NCBI GenBank assembly: GCA_018336195.1
Contig: JAGXQV010000145.1
Coordinates: 21,995-45,994, forward strand
DNA from: Sulfuricella sp.
GTDB lineage: Bacteria > Pseudomonadota > Gammaproteobacteria > Burkholderiales > Sulfuricellaceae
Reading direction: 5' to 3'
Length of the DNA: 24,000 bases
Part shown: positions 1 through 10,633 of the stretch, one piece after another
Numbering within the stretch: the stretch's first letter is position 1
Layout: every line of letters starts with the position of its first letter
Position numbers and translations under genes: made by a program
The notes under the pieces: generated by a model
The model's database searches: none
What the model was told of the DNA's origin: nothing
The model's input: the letters and a program-made list of their open reading frames with translations, nothing else

Positions 1-1802
1 ACGTGGTCGCCCGGGTCGTCGAACGCAACGAAAGCGACGTTCTGGTGCGTTTCGACGTCAAGGATACCGGCATCGGCCTCACCCCCGAACAAATCGGCCG
101 CCTGTTCCAGAGCTTCTCGCAGGCGGACACCTCGACCACCCGCAAGTACGGGGGGACCGGGCTGGGCTTGGCAATCTCCAAGAAGCTCGCCGAACTGATG
201 GGCGGCGCGGTGGGCGTCGAGAGCGAGTACGGCAAGGGCAGCACCTTCTGGTTCACCGCCCGTCTCGGCATCGGCCAGGCCAAGGTGCGTTCGCTGCTGC
301 CCGACCCCGACCTGCGCGGCAGACGAGTGCTGGTGGTGGACGATAACGAAAGCGCCCGTAGCGTGCTCAACGATATGCTCGCCAGCATGACCTTCGAAGT
401 CGGCGACGCGAACTCAGGCGCTGCCGCGCTCGACGCGATCAAGCGCGGCGCGGCCAGCGGCAAGCCCTATGAAATCGTATGGCTGGACTGGCGGATGCCC
501 GGCATGGACGGCATCGAAACGGCACAAAGGATCAGGGAACTCGGCCTGGTTCCGCCTCCTCATCTGGTCATGGTGACGGCCTTCGGCCGCGAGGAAATCA
601 TCAGTCAGGCGACCAGCGCGGGTATCGAGGACGTGCTGATCAAGCCGGTCAACCCTTCGGTGCTGTTCGACACCGCCATGCGCGTGCTCGGCGGCGTGCA
701 GGAAGGGAAACGCGAAGCCGGCGACGCGCCCTCGCTGCTGGTGGAAAGCCTCGCCACCATTAATGGCGCGCGCATCCTGCTGGTGGAGGACAACGACCTC
801 AATCAGGAAGTCGCCAGCGAACTGCTCAAGGACGCCGGCTTCGTCGTGGACATTGCCGACAACGGCAAGATCTCCGTCGAGATGGTACAGCGCACCGCCT
901 ACGATCTCGTGCTGATGGACATGCAAATGCCGGTGATGGACGGGGTCACCGCCACCCAGGAGATTCGCAAACTGCCGGGATACGCCGAACTGCCGATCGT
1001 CGCCATGACCGCCAACGCCATGCAGCAGGACAAGGACCGCTGCCAGGAAGCGGGAATGCAGGATTTCATCACCAAGCCCATCGAGCCGGATCAGTTGTGG
1101 GCCACCCTCATCAAATGGATCAAGCCGCCCGAGAGCGGCGAGACGCCCGTCCCGACGCCGACCGCGCAGCCCTCCGCACCCGCCGCGCCGGCCAACGACC
1201 TGCCCAGCGGAATCGCCGGCCTCGACGTGGAATCCGGCCTGCGCCGGGTGCTCGGTAAGAAGTCGCTGTATCTTTCCATGTTGCGCAAGTTCGTTGCCGG
1301 CCAGCGCGCCGCACCTGCAGAAATCCGCGCCGCGCTCGATGCGCAGGACTGGGACACCGCGCAACGCCTGGCGCACACCGCCAAGGGGGTGGCCGGCAAC
1401 ATCGGTGCCGGCGCGATGCAGGAACTCGCTGCCGCCCTGGAACTGGCGCTCAAGGAACGCCGCCCGCGCCCCGAAACGGATGCGGCGCTGGCCCGACTCG
1501 CCACGCCCCTGGCTGCGCTGATCGAAGCCATCCAGGCGCAATTGCCTGAGGAAGCCGCCAAGGCGCAAGTCGCTGTCGATCTCCCGGCGCTGCGCGAAAC
1601 TTGCGCCAAGCTGGCAGCACTGCTGGCCGACGACGACTCGGAAGCCGGCGACCTGCTCGACCAGCACGCCGACTTGCTCAACACTGCCTTCCCCACCCAC
1701 TTCCGCCGTATCGACGACGCCGTGCGGGGATTCGATTTCGAAGCGGCCCTGGCCGCGCTCCAGGAAGCCGCCGTCGAGCGCGGCATCGAGGTGCCCACAT
1801 GA
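1..1802 (+). CDS. Hybrid sensor histidine kinase, C-terminal part (5' end lies outside the window): HATPase_c - REC - REC - HPt
   Basis: The frame is open from the window edge (track ORF 3..1802). G-box region [10 protein letters not shown]...[23 protein letters not shown]. Two receiver domains ([11 protein letters not shown]...[11 protein letters not shown] and [11 protein letters not shown]...[13 protein letters not shown]). HPt motif [13 protein letters not shown]. The stop TGA at 1800-1802 overlaps the next start (ATGA). Confidence 0.9.
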   Translation, partial: VVARVVERNESDVLVRFDVKDTGIGLTPEQIGRLFQSFSQADTSTTRKYGGTGLGLAISKKLAELMGGAVGVESEYGKGSTFWFTARLGIGQAKVRSLLPDPDLRGRRVLVVDDNESARSVLNDMLASMTFEVGDANSGAAALDAIKRGAASGKPYEIVWLDWRMPGMDGIETAQRIRELGLVPPPHLVMVTAFGREEIISQATSAGIEDVLIKPVNPSVLFDTAMRVLGGVQEGKREAGDAPSLLVESLATINGARILLVEDNDLNQEVASELLKDAGFVVDIADNGKISVEMVQRTAYDLVLMDMQMPVMDGVTATQEIRKLPGYAELPIVAMTANAMQQDKDRCQEAGMQDFITKPIEPDQLWATLIKWIKPPESGETPVPTPTAQPSAPAAPANDLPSGIAGLDVESGLRRVLGKKSLYLSMLRKFVAGQRAAPAEIRAALDAQDWDTAQRLAHTAKGVAGNIGAGAMQELAAALELALKERRPRPETDAALARLATPLAALIEAIQAQLPEEAAKAQVAVDLPALRETCAKLAALLADDDSEAGDLLDQHADLLNTAFPTHFRRIDDAVRGFDFEAALAALQEAAVERGIEVPT

Positions 1803-4237
1803 ACCGGATCGCAAAATTCGTCTCAACCCGAACCACCACCGCCTGGATACTGGCGATTCTGGCATCCATCGCCATCGGGGTGGCCGCCGGCGAGGTCGCG
1901 CGTCTCGCCGGGGAACGCACGCGCCTGTCATTGCTGCAAACGGAAGCGGACCGCGGCAGCCTCGACATGATGTCGCAAACCTTGAGTGGCAACATGATGG
2001 GTGCGCTGGGACTGCTCGGCCTGGTCGAGCGCGACATCAAACAGGAAGCGCGCGGGCGCATCGCGCCGAACGACCCGGATATCGTGGCGCTGCTGGAAAG
2101 CGTCGGGACCGCCCACGGCGCGAACGGCACCTTCCTGGTCGGCGAGAACGGCGTCGTCAACTCGTCCTGGGACAGCACCGGCAAGCCCTCGACCGGCCTC
2201 GACGTGAAATTCCGCCCCTATTTCCAGATGGCCAAGAAGGGCAAGGAAAGCATTTACGCAGCCGTCAGCCTGGCGACCGGCAAGCGCGCGCTGTATTTCG
2301 CCGCCCCCTTGTACGGCGGGACCAAGGCCGACTCGCCGACCGTCGGCGCGGTGGTGGCGCGCACCAACCTGGAACGGGTGGACAAGCTGCTTGCCGGGCG
2401 GGCCAGCATTGCGCTGCTGCTTTCCCCGCAGGGCGTGGTGTTCTCCAGCAGCCGCCCGGAATGGATCGGCCACCTCGCCGCCCAACCCACTCCCGAAAGC
2501 ATCAAGGCGATTCGCGACCTGAAACAGTTCGGCACCATGTTCGACAACAAGGAACCGCCGGTATTGCCGATAGCCGTCGCCCCCGGCATCACCGAAGTGG
2601 ACGGGAAACGCCATGCCGTCGCGCACGCCAAGTTGCAATGGAACGACCCCTATGGCGAGTGGACCATGATCTTGCTGGAAGACCTGACGCGCACGGCACC
2701 CATGGCCGAGCGCGTCTGGATCGGCGTGGGATGCGGATTGGGCATCCTGCTGCTGGGTATCCTGATTCTCCAGTTGCTGCGCGGCCACCATGCTCAAATC
2801 GCCGCCGCCCAGCAGTTGCGCCTGAATGCCGAGCAGCAGGAAGCGCTGGCGCTGCGCAAATCCCGGCTGGCCGAGGCCTCGCTGAAGCTCCAGCAGGCGA
2901 TGACCACGGCAACGCTGGCGCAGACCTTCCTCGACGAGGCCAACCGCCTGATCGGCGTATTGCAAGGTGCGCTGTACGTCGTCGAAGGGGAAGGCGAAGC
3001 GCGGTATCTGGCCCTGGCGGGAGGCTATGCCTGCTCGTCCGATCTGCCGGCGCACGTATCGTTCGGTGACGGCCTGCTCGGCCAGTGCGCGGTGGAATGC
3101 CGGACGATCCTGGTCGAAACTCCGCAAGAAGGCTATTGGCGGGTTTCCTCGGGACTCGGCGGCAGCCTGCCGCGGATGGTGGCGATCCTGCCGATCCTGC
3201 GTAACGAAACGCTGCTCGGGGTGGCCGAGATGGCGGCGCTGCGGCTGCTGGACAAAGACGAACTGGGAATTTTCGAAGATCTGTTGCCCCTGGTGGCGCT
3301 CAATCTGGAAATCCTCCAGCGCAACCGGCGCACCGAGGAAATAGCCGCTTCCTCGCTCGCCACCGAGCGCGAACTGGCGCGTATGGGCGAAATGGAGCGC
3401 TTCAACCGCCTCGCGCAAGGCCGCGAGCAGCGCGTCCTGGAACTCAAGCGGGAGGTCAACCGCCTCGCCGCGTCGCTGCATCGAGCAGCGCCCTACGAAT
3501 CCGCCGAGATTGCCGACCGGCATGGCGAGAGCGCCGCTATCGGCGCCGAACTAGCCGTCCAGCCCGCGGAACCAGGTGGTGACGAACCGCTTGCGCTGGA
3601 CAACCTGGTGGATATCGACGAACTGCAAACGCTGGTGACTCATTTCTGTGAAGCGGTGGGCATCGCCGCCGCGATCATCGACCTGCAAGGCAAGGTGCTG
3701 GTTTCCGCACGCTGGCAACGAGCTTGCACCGATTTCCACCGGGTCAATCCCGATACCTGCGCGCGCTGCATCGAAAGCGACACGCAACTCGCAGTGCACC
3801 TCCAGGACGGACAGGACTTCACCCTATACCGTTGCAAGAACGGCATGACCGATTGTGCCTCGCCGATCATCGTGGAAGGCCAGCACCTCGCCAACGTCTT
3901 CATCGGGCAATTCCACGCCGGTGCTCCCGACCTGGAATTCTTCACTCGCCAGGCCGAACAGTTCGGCTTCGACCGGGAAGACTATCTGGCCGCCATTTCC
4001 GCGGCGCCGGTGCTCGACGAAGCACGCCTTCCCGCAATCCTCGGCTTCCTCAGCGGATTCGCGCGGATGGTGGCTTCGCTGTCCCTGCAACGGCAACGCG
4101 CCGACGAGGCGCAGCAGAAACTTAGCCAGAATGCCGTAATCATCGAGCGCGAACGCCTCGCCGCCATCAGCCTGGCGGAGGATGCCGAACTGGCGCGCCG
4201 CGCCCTCGAAACCCGCCAATCGGAACCGCAGCCATGA
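1799..4237 (+). CDS. Membrane multi-sensor protein without a recognisable output domain: TM - Cache-type periplasmic domain - TM - GAF - coiled coil - PocR-type sensory domain
   Basis: I chose the ATG at 1799 (MNRIAKF...), preceded by GAGG at 1787-1790 and overlapping the upstream stop, over the Arg-rich 1601 extension. TM helices [17 protein letters not shown] and [22 protein letters not shown] flank about 270 aa carrying the Cache-like motif [11 protein letters not shown]...[23 protein letters not shown] motifs [11 protein letters not shown] and [19 protein letters not shown]. PocR-like Cys-rich block [25 protein letters not shown]...[30 protein letters not shown] saw no HisKA, HATPase, GGDEF, EAL, MCP-signalling or HTH motif. 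Confidence 0.8.
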   Translation: MNRIAKFVSTRTTTAWILAILASIAIGVAAGEVARLAGERTRLSLLQTEADRGSLDMMSQTLSGNMMGALGLLGLVERDIKQEARGRIAPNDPDIVALLESVGTAHGANGTFLVGENGVVNSSWDSTGKPSTGLDVKFRPYFQMAKKGKESIYAAVSLATGKRALYFAAPLYGGTKADSPTVGAVVARTNLERVDKLLAGRASIALLLSPQGVVFSSSRPEWIGHLAAQPTPESIKAIRDLKQFGTMFDNKEPPVLPIAVAPGITEVDGKRHAVAHAKLQWNDPYGEWTMILLEDLTRTAPMAERVWIGVGCGLGILLLGILILQLLRGHHAQIAAAQQLRLNAEQQEALALRKSRLAEASLKLQQAMTTATLAQTFLDEANRLIGVLQGALYVVEGEGEARYLALAGGYACSSDLPAHVSFGDGLLGQCAVECRTILVETPQEGYWRVSSGLGGSLPRMVAILPILRNETLLGVAEMAALRLLDKDELGIFEDLLPLVALNLEILQRNRRTEEIAASSLATERELARMGEMERFNRLAQGREQRVLELKREVNRLAASLHRAAPYESAEIADRHGESAAIGAELAVQPAEPGGDEPLALDNLVDIDELQTLVTHFCEAVGIAAAIIDLQGKVLVSARWQRACTDFHRVNPDTCARCIESDTQLAVHLQDGQDFTLYRCKNGMTDCASPIIVEGQHLANVFIGQFHAGAPDLEFFTRQAEQFGFDREDYLAAISAAPVLDEARLPAILGFLSGFARMVASLSLQRQRADEAQQKLSQNAVIIERERLAAISLAEDAELARRALETRQSEPQP

Positions 4238-7200
4238 ACCGTCTGATCCGCATACTCGAAAAACGCCGGCTGGCCACCAAGCTGCTGCTGGGGTTCGCCG
4301 CCATGCTGCTGCTCTCCCTTGCCTTGGGGGTGCATAGCATCCTCAACCAGCGCGCCCTCAACGTGGGAATTCAGCAGCTTTATGAAAACGAACTGTTGGG
4401 CGTTTCGGGAATCGAGGAAGCCCGCATCCATTTCGCCAGGATGGGACGCGCCTTGCGCCAGGCCATCCTGGCACCCAACGAGGGGGAGCGCAACGCGGCG
4501 CTCAAGCAACTGACCGACGCCGAAAGCGCGGTACGCAAGGAAATCGAAGCCTCGCGCAGCCGCATTTTCCTGGAAGAGAACAAGAAAAACCTGGTCAGAT
4601 TCGAAGCGCGCTTCGCGACCTACACGCGCAACGTCGAGCAGTCGCTGGCATTGCTCAGGAAGAACGATTTCCGCCCGGAAGCGGCAATCGCCTACGTTTC
4701 CACCGCGGAATTCCAGCGCACCGGACAGGAAACCGACGACGCGCTGGAAGACATCGTGCGCTTGAAGCAGGAAAGCACCCGGGAAGCCGCCCAGCACGCG
4801 CAAGCCTTCGCCGAGGAAGGCACGCGGATGACCGCCATTCTGCTGGGTAGCGGCACCCTGCTGGTGGTGGTGTTCGGTGCCTTGATCGGCCTGTCGATCC
4901 GCCGTCCCACCGAGCACATCCGCGAAGCCGTTAAGCAACTGGCCGCCGGTCAACTCGACGTAACGGTGCCCTACGCCGACCACCCCAACGAAATCGGCGA
5001 TCTGGCGCGCGCCGTCGCGGTGCTGCAAAACGAAGCGCGCCAGATGGACGCCCAGCGCTGGATCAAAACCCACCAGGCGGCGCTCTCCGCCGAATTGCAG
5101 GAAGCCGCCAGCTTCGCCGATCTGGCGCGCAAGCTGCTTTCGGGATTGGCGCCGCTTCTCAAGATCGGCCACGGCGTTTTTTATATCTACGAGGAAGAAC
5201 CGCGCCGCTTGCGCCTGCTGGGCAGCTACGCCTACCGCGAGCGCAAGCAGCTCAACCAGTATTTCGCCCTCGGCGAGGGGCTGGTGGGGCAATGCGCCCT
5301 GGAAATGACCCCGATTGTCATCAGCGAGCCGCCGCCGGATTACGTCCACATCGGCTCCAGCCTCGGCGCGGCGACACCGCGCACCATCGCCGTGCTGCCG
5401 GTAATCCGCAACGACAAGCTGCTGGCGGTGATCGAACTGGCGACCTTCGAGGTTTTCGACGCCAACCAGCAGGCGCTGCTCGACGGCCTGATGCCGCTGC
5501 TGGCGATGAGCCTGGAAATCCTGGAGCGCAACGTGCGCACCCGCCAATTGCTCGAAGAAACCCAGCGCCAGGCCGAAAGCATGGAAAAGCAGGCCTCCCA
5601 GTTGGAGGAACAGGCGGTCGAACTGGAAGCCCAACAAGGTGAACTGAAAGCCACCGAAGCCTGGTATCGCGGCATCATCGAATCCGCCCCGGACGGCATG
5701 CTGGTGATCGACCGGCACGGCACCATCATTCTCGCCAACCCGCAGATCGAAACCATGTTCGGCCACGGCATCGGCGAACTCCCCGGCAACCCCATCGAAA
5801 TCCTGGTGCCGCCCGCGATACGCGAGGAACACGTGGGCTGGCGCGACGCTTTCATTGCCGACAGCAAAACCGGCCGGGCCAACCGGGAATTGCGCGGCGT
5901 CCGCCCCGATGGCTCGGAGTTTCCGGCCGAGGTCGGCCTGTCCAAGTTACCCGATGTAGGGGGACGCGGCCTGTGCGTGTGCGCCTCGGTGCGCGACATC
6001 ACCGAACGCCAGCAAGCCGCACAGCACCTGTCTGCCCTGGAAGAACGCAGCCGCATGATTCTCAGCTCGGTCAGCGACGGCATCGTCGGGCTCGACCTGG
6101 ACGGACGGATGACCTTCACCAATCCAGCCGCCCCAGCCATGCTCGGTTTCAACGAAGCTGAAATGCTCGGTGAACGCATCCATTCCCTGGTCCACCACCA
6201 CTACCCAGACGGCCGCGAATTCCCCCGCGAGGAATGCCGCATGTACCGCACCACCATCGACGGACAAGCGCGCACCGTGGACGATGAAGTGCTGTGGCGC
6301 AAGGACGGCAGTCCGTTCCCGGTCGAGTATTCGACCACCCCGGTACACAAGGATGGCGCACTGGTCGGCACGGTGGTGACCTTCCGCGACATCACCGAAC
6401 GCAAACAGGCGCAGGCGGAAGTCCTGCGCGCCAAGGAAATCGCCGAGGAGGCCACCAAGACCAAGAGCGACTTCCTCGCCAACATGAGCCACGAAATCCG
6501 TACCCCGATGAACGCCATCATCGGCATGTCGCATCTCGCCCTGCAAACCCAGCTCGACAAGCGGCAGCGCAACTACATCGAAAAGGTCAACCGCGCCGCC
6601 GCCAACCTGCTCGGCATCATCAACGACATTCTCGACTTCTCCAAGATCGAGGCCGGCAAGATGAGCATGGAGCGCATCGACTTCCGCCTGGAGGACGTGA
6701 TGGACAACCTCGCCAACCTGGTGGGGATGAAGGCCGAGGACAAGGGCCTGGAACTGTTGTTCAACGCCGCCCCCGACGTGCCCACCGCGCTGGTCGGCGA
6801 TCCGCTACGGCTCGGGCAGATCCTCATCAATCTGGGCAACAACGCGGTGAAATTCACCGATGCCGGGGAAATCGTGGTTGGTGTCGAAAAAGCGGCGGAC
6901 CATCCCGACGGCGTGGACCTGCACTTCTGGGTCAAGGATTCCGGCATCGGCATGACCCCCGAGCAGTGTTCCAAGATGTTCCAGTCGTTCAGCCAGGCCG
7001 ACGCCTCGACCACCCGCAAATACGGGGGCACCGGACTGGGGCTGGCGATCTCCAAGAACCTGGTGGAAAAAATGGACGGGCGCATCTGGGTGGAAAGCGA
7101 GGCGGGCAAAGGCTCGACCTTCCATTTCCACGCCCGTTTCGACGTGCAGGCCGAACCCATGGCGCGGCGGGTATTCCGCGCCGAAGAACTGCTTGGCGTG

Positions 7201-8646
7201 CGGGTGCTGGTGGTAGACGACAATGCCTCGGCACGCGAGATCCTGTCCGGCATGGCCCGCAATTTCGGGCTGGAGGTCGACGTGGCCGGGGACGGCCAGC
7301 AAGCCCTGGCGATGATCGGCGAGGCGGAACGGAAAGAACTCCCCTACGATCTGGTGCTGATGGACTGGAAGATGCCGGTGATGGACGGCGTCGAAACCAT
7401 GCTGCGCCTGCAGGAAGAACAACTGGCGCGAGTGCCGGCGGTCATCATGGTGACCGCCTACGGGCGCGAGGAGGCTCTGGGTTCCGCCGAGCAACGCGGG
7501 GTGGAACTCAAGACCGTGCTGACCAAGCCGGTGACCTCCTCGACGCTACTCGAAGCCATCGGCGAGATGCTGGGCAAGGGGCTGGTCGCAGATGATCGCG
7601 TCCACGACAAGGTTGATCGCGGCGCTACCGCCATGGATAGCCTCAAGGGTGCGCGGGTGCTACTGGTCGAGGACAACGATATGAACCAGGAACTGGCCAG
7701 CGAACTGCTTGGCCAGGCCGGCATGGAAGTGGTGATCGCCAACCACGGCCAGGAAGCGCTCGATATCCTGGCACGCGACGCCCGCTTCGACGGGGTGCTG
7801 ATGGATTGTCAGATGCCGGTGATGGACGGCTACACCGCCACCCGCGAAATTCGCAACAACCCGGCCTTCAAGAATTTACCGATTATCGCCATGACCGCCA
7901 ACGCAATGGCCGGCGACAAGGAGAAGGTAATGGAAGCCGGGATGAACGACCACATCGCCAAACCGCTCGACGTCGAGGAAATGTTCGCCACCCTCGCCAA
8001 ATGGATCAAGCCCGCCGGCACAGCCCCCGCCAGCAGCGCGCCTGCCCCGGCGGCGGCGCAGGGCGGCCTGCCCACCCTGCCCGGCATCGACATCAAGGCG
8101 GGACTCGCCACCACCATGAACAACGAAAAGCTCTACACCCGCCTGTTGGTGAAATTCCGCGACGGCCAGAGCAATTTCGCCGCATTGTTCCGCGCCGCCC
8201 AGGCCGATGCCGACCCCACCGCAGCGGCGCGCGCCGCCCATACCCTCAAGGGTACCGCCGGCAACATCGGCGCCAAGGGCGTACAAGCGGCAGCGGGAGA
8301 ACTGGAATCCGCCTGCAATCAAGGTGTTCCCACAGAGCGCATCGACGAACTGCTTAACCATGTCCTCGCCGAGCTGGCGCCGCTTATCGCCGGCTTGGCG
8401 CAAGTTGAAGGAGCGGAACCGCTTGCCGTGGAAGCACCGGGGACAACGTCGGTCGACCGGGCACGCCTCACCGGGTTGCAGGAAAAACTCAAGGCCCTGC
8501 TCGCCGACAGCGACACCGAAGCCAGCGACGTACTCGACGAACTCCGGGAACTCGCCAAGGGCACGCCGCTGGCAGCCAGCCTGAAGAAGGTTGCCGATGC
8601 CATAGCGGCCTACGACTTCGACGCGGCGCTGGAAGCCCTGGGCTGA
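4234..8646 (+). CDS. Hybrid sensor histidine kinase: 4HB_MCP-like N-terminal sensor - TM - HAMP - GAF - coiled coil - PAS - PAS - HisKA - HATPase_c - REC - REC - HPt
   Basis: 1470-aa ORF whose ATG overlaps the upstream stop (ATGA at 4234-4237). [26 protein letters not shown]...[26 protein letters not shown]...[19 protein letters not shown]. Two PAS blocks each ending ...[18 protein letters not shown]-box [21 protein letters not shown]-box [14 protein letters not shown]. Receivers [13 protein letters not shown] and [13 protein letters not shown]. HPt [13 protein letters not shown]. Confidence 0.93.
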   Translation: MNRLIRILEKRRLATKLLLGFAAMLLLSLALGVHSILNQRALNVGIQQLYENELLGVSGIEEARIHFARMGRALRQAILAPNEGERNAALKQLTDAESAVRKEIEASRSRIFLEENKKNLVRFEARFATYTRNVEQSLALLRKNDFRPEAAIAYVSTAEFQRTGQETDDALEDIVRLKQESTREAAQHAQAFAEEGTRMTAILLGSGTLLVVVFGALIGLSIRRPTEHIREAVKQLAAGQLDVTVPYADHPNEIGDLARAVAVLQNEARQMDAQRWIKTHQAALSAELQEAASFADLARKLLSGLAPLLKIGHGVFYIYEEEPRRLRLLGSYAYRERKQLNQYFALGEGLVGQCALEMTPIVISEPPPDYVHIGSSLGAATPRTIAVLPVIRNDKLLAVIELATFEVFDANQQALLDGLMPLLAMSLEILERNVRTRQLLEETQRQAESMEKQASQLEEQAVELEAQQGELKATEAWYRGIIESAPDGMLVIDRHGTIILANPQIETMFGHGIGELPGNPIEILVPPAIREEHVGWRDAFIADSKTGRANRELRGVRPDGSEFPAEVGLSKLPDVGGRGLCVCASVRDITERQQAAQHLSALEERSRMILSSVSDGIVGLDLDGRMTFTNPAAPAMLGFNEAEMLGERIHSLVHHHYPDGREFPREECRMYRTTIDGQARTVDDEVLWRKDGSPFPVEYSTTPVHKDGALVGTVVTFRDITERKQAQAEVLRAKEIAEEATKTKSDFLANMSHEIRTPMNAIIGMSHLALQTQLDKRQRNYIEKVNRAAANLLGIINDILDFSKIEAGKMSMERIDFRLEDVMDNLANLVGMKAEDKGLELLFNAAPDVPTALVGDPLRLGQILINLGNNAVKFTDAGEIVVGVEKAADHPDGVDLHFWVKDSGIGMTPEQCSKMFQSFSQADASTTRKYGGTGLGLAISKNLVEKMDGRIWVESEAGKGSTFHFHARFDVQAEPMARRVFRAEELLGVRVLVVDDNASAREILSGMARNFGLEVDVAGDGQQALAMIGEAERKELPYDLVLMDWKMPVMDGVETMLRLQEEQLARVPAVIMVTAYGREEALGSAEQRGVELKTVLTKPVTSSTLLEAIGEMLGKGLVADDRVHDKVDRGATAMDSLKGARVLLVEDNDMNQELASELLGQAGMEVVIANHGQEALDILARDARFDGVLMDCQMPVMDGYTATREIRNNPAFKNLPIIAMTANAMAGDKEKVMEAGMNDHIAKPLDVEEMFATLAKWIKPAGTAPASSAPAPAAAQGGLPTLPGIDIKAGLATTMNNEKLYTRLLVKFRDGQSNFAALFRAAQADADPTAAARAAHTLKGTAGNIGAKGVQAAAGELESACNQGVPTERIDELLNHVLAELAPLIAGLAQVEGAEPLAVEAPGTTSVDRARLTGLQEKLKALLADSDTEASDVLDELRELAKGTPLAASLKKVADAIAAYDFDAALEALG

Positions 8647-8663
8647 TCGCCACGCCAGTCCCC

Positions 8664-10112
8664 ATGACACCCGCTCCAGGCAGCCACAGACTCTACGTGG
8701 CGGGCATCGGCGCTTCCGCCGGTGGGCTGGAGGCGATGTTGCCGCTATTCGCCCAGTTGCCTGCGACCGGCCGAATCGCCTACGTGGTCGCCCAGCACAT
8801 GGCGCACGACGCCCACAGCGAGCTGGTGGCCCGCCTGATCGGACGGGAATCCCGGCTGCCCCTGGCCGTCGCCCGCGACGGCGAAACACTCCAGGCCGAC
8901 CGGGTTTACCTGGTTCCCGCCGGCAAGGACGGCGTGGTGCTCGGCAACGCCCTGACCCTGCAAGAACCTTCCCCGCAATTTCTGTCCCACCCCTCGATCA
9001 ATGCGCTGTTCGCCTCGCTCGCCCACACCTACCGGGACAACGCCATCGGCATCGTGCTTTCCGGCACGGGATTCGACGGCGTCGCAGGCTGCCGGGCAAT
9101 CAAGGCTGGCGGCGGACTAACCTTCGCCCAGGATCCCGGCGAGGCCAAGTTCAACGGTATGCCGACGGCGGCAATCGAAGCCCGCCTGATCGACCGGGTA
9201 CTCCCGGTGGCAGCCATCGGCGGCGCGTTGGCGGGCCTCTTTCCGGGAACTGAGGTACCACCGCCGACCGCCGTCGCCAAGCCGCCGGTTGAATCGGCGC
9301 TTCCCGACGCGGCACTCCGCGAACTCGAATACCTAGTGCGCCTGGTGCATGAAGCGACGGGCATCGATTTCTCCGGCTACAAGGAAGAAACCCTGCTGCG
9401 CCGCCTGGAAAAGCGCAAAGCCCTCCTCGGCGTCACCTCGTCGGAAGCCTACCTGGCATTAATCCACCGCGACACTGACGAATTGCACACCCTGCAACAC
9501 CAGTTCCTGGTATCTCTCTCGTCCTTTTTCCGTGACCGCGAAGCGTTCCGCGAGCTGGAGCGCGCCCTGGCCGCCCTGCTCGCCCGGAAAACAGCGGGCG
9601 AGCCGCTGCGCGTCTGGGTGCCGGGATGCGCCTCGGGCGAGGAACCCTACACCCTGGCAATCGTGATCAGCGAATTGCTCGGCAACGACCGCGCGCGCCA
9701 CGCGGCAAACATCATTGCCACCGACCTCAACGACGAAGCGCTGGAAATGGCCCGCACCGGCCTATACCGCCACACGGCTTTCCGCGAAATGGAAGCGTCC
9801 CTGCAGAACCGCTACTTCGTCCCCAAAGGCCAACACTTGGCAGTATCGGAGACGCTGCGGAAAATGGTGTCCTTCGAGAAGCGCGACGTGCTCGACGGGC
9901 CGCCGGCCCAAGACCTCGACCTCATCAGTTGCCGCAACCTGCTGATCTACCTGAAAAGTGCCTTGCAGGACCGGCTGATTGCCGACTTTCACCGCGCCCT
10001 GCGACCCAACGGCCTGCTCTTCATCGGCCAGTCCGAATCGCCGGGACTGACCGGCAACGCGCTATTCGTCCCGGTGGACCGCGACCAGCGCCTGTTTCGC
10101 CGCCGTCCCTGA
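8664..10112 (+). CDS. CheB-CheR fusion protein (protein-glutamate methylesterase domain plus protein-glutamate O-methyltransferase domain), with no receiver domain
   Basis: The N-terminal half carries the CheB catalytic-triad contexts GIGASAGGLEAM (Ser), VVAQHM (His) and SGTGFDG (Asp). The C-terminal half carries the CheR SAM-binding motif VWVPGCASGEEPYTLAI and DLISCRNLLIYL. It starts 17 nt after the kinase stop. Confidence 0.9.
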   Translation: MTPAPGSHRLYVAGIGASAGGLEAMLPLFAQLPATGRIAYVVAQHMAHDAHSELVARLIGRESRLPLAVARDGETLQADRVYLVPAGKDGVVLGNALTLQEPSPQFLSHPSINALFASLAHTYRDNAIGIVLSGTGFDGVAGCRAIKAGGGLTFAQDPGEAKFNGMPTAAIEARLIDRVLPVAAIGGALAGLFPGTEVPPPTAVAKPPVESALPDAALRELEYLVRLVHEATGIDFSGYKEETLLRRLEKRKALLGVTSSEAYLALIHRDTDELHTLQHQFLVSLSSFFRDREAFRELERALAALLARKTAGEPLRVWVPGCASGEEPYTLAIVISELLGNDRARHAANIIATDLNDEALEMARTGLYRHTAFREMEASLQNRYFVPKGQHLAVSETLRKMVSFEKRDVLDGPPAQDLDLISCRNLLIYLKSALQDRLIADFHRALRPNGLLFIGQSESPGLTGNALFVPVDRDQRLFRRRP

Positions 10113-10633
10113 ACATCTCGTCACCCAGCTCGGCCACGACCGCCGAGGCACCTTTCAGACGCCCGGAGTGACCGCCTTGCCGCCGTTGCGCGTTTTTGTT
10201 TGGCAACCCTGACCGGCGTTTCGATCAGGCGCCTCACCAGCCGCCAATCCAAGGACGTGCTGGTCCCGGAGGAAAGCTGCGGATACGCCACGAAACCAAG
10301 AATTTCCGGCTGTTCGCCAAGCTGCTTGGACACGGGCTGATTGGGCGCCATTTTGTGTGAGGCTGAAGACTGCGGAGGGCGCTCAATGAGCGCTATGTGC
10401 CATAAGGAGACGGTCGGGAACCGCGCGATGAATGGCTGATCCTCGGCCGGAGCAGCCGCTCAGGCTAACTGAGATAAACGGCTACTTCCGACCCAAAGCG
10501 GAAATTGCCCACCAGAAGAAGCGGACGTCCAGGAACGTCCAAGCTCTCCGGCGGCAATGGGGCGTAGTGGAATTGCCGTCCGGTGCAGCGCCTTGGCGCC
10601 TTGTTATGCGAGCTAATTGAAGCGCTTTGATGT

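Noticed and set aside
1601-1798. 66-codon N-terminal extension of the sensor ORF ([17 protein letters not shown]...).
   Set aside because: It is Arg-rich and lies entirely within the coding region of the upstream kinase. The ATG at 1799 has a GAGG SD, an ATGA overlap, and a proper signal-anchor N-terminus.
414-8889. Long minus-strand ORFs antisense to the signalling operon (414-1931, 1928-3523, 3982-5832, 5340-6179, 6805-7494, 7876-8889 and others), plus many Arg/Pro/Gly-rich plus-strand out-of-frame ORFs.
   Set aside because: These are typical stop-codon-poor shadow ORFs of GC-rich DNA. Their translations are low-complexity (R/G/A/P-rich) with no recognisable motifs. The overlapping sense frames carry unambiguous kinase, REC and PAS motifs.
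10129-10160. Hairpin CTCGGC-N7-GCCGAG followed by GCACCTTT as the terminator of the CheBR operon.
   Set aside because: The stem is only 6 bp and the T-run only 3 nt. It is not convincing as an intrinsic terminator.
10121-10351. 76-aa minus-strand ORF in the left junction as a functional small gene.
   Set aside because: It has no SD, no recognisable family, and a C-terminal third that is Arg/Gly-rich and read from the terminator-like region after the CheBR gene. I kept it only as a possible gene stump (see findings).
10552-10600. Hairpins downstream of hsdM as its terminator.
   Set aside because: No U-tract follows either stem on the minus strand.
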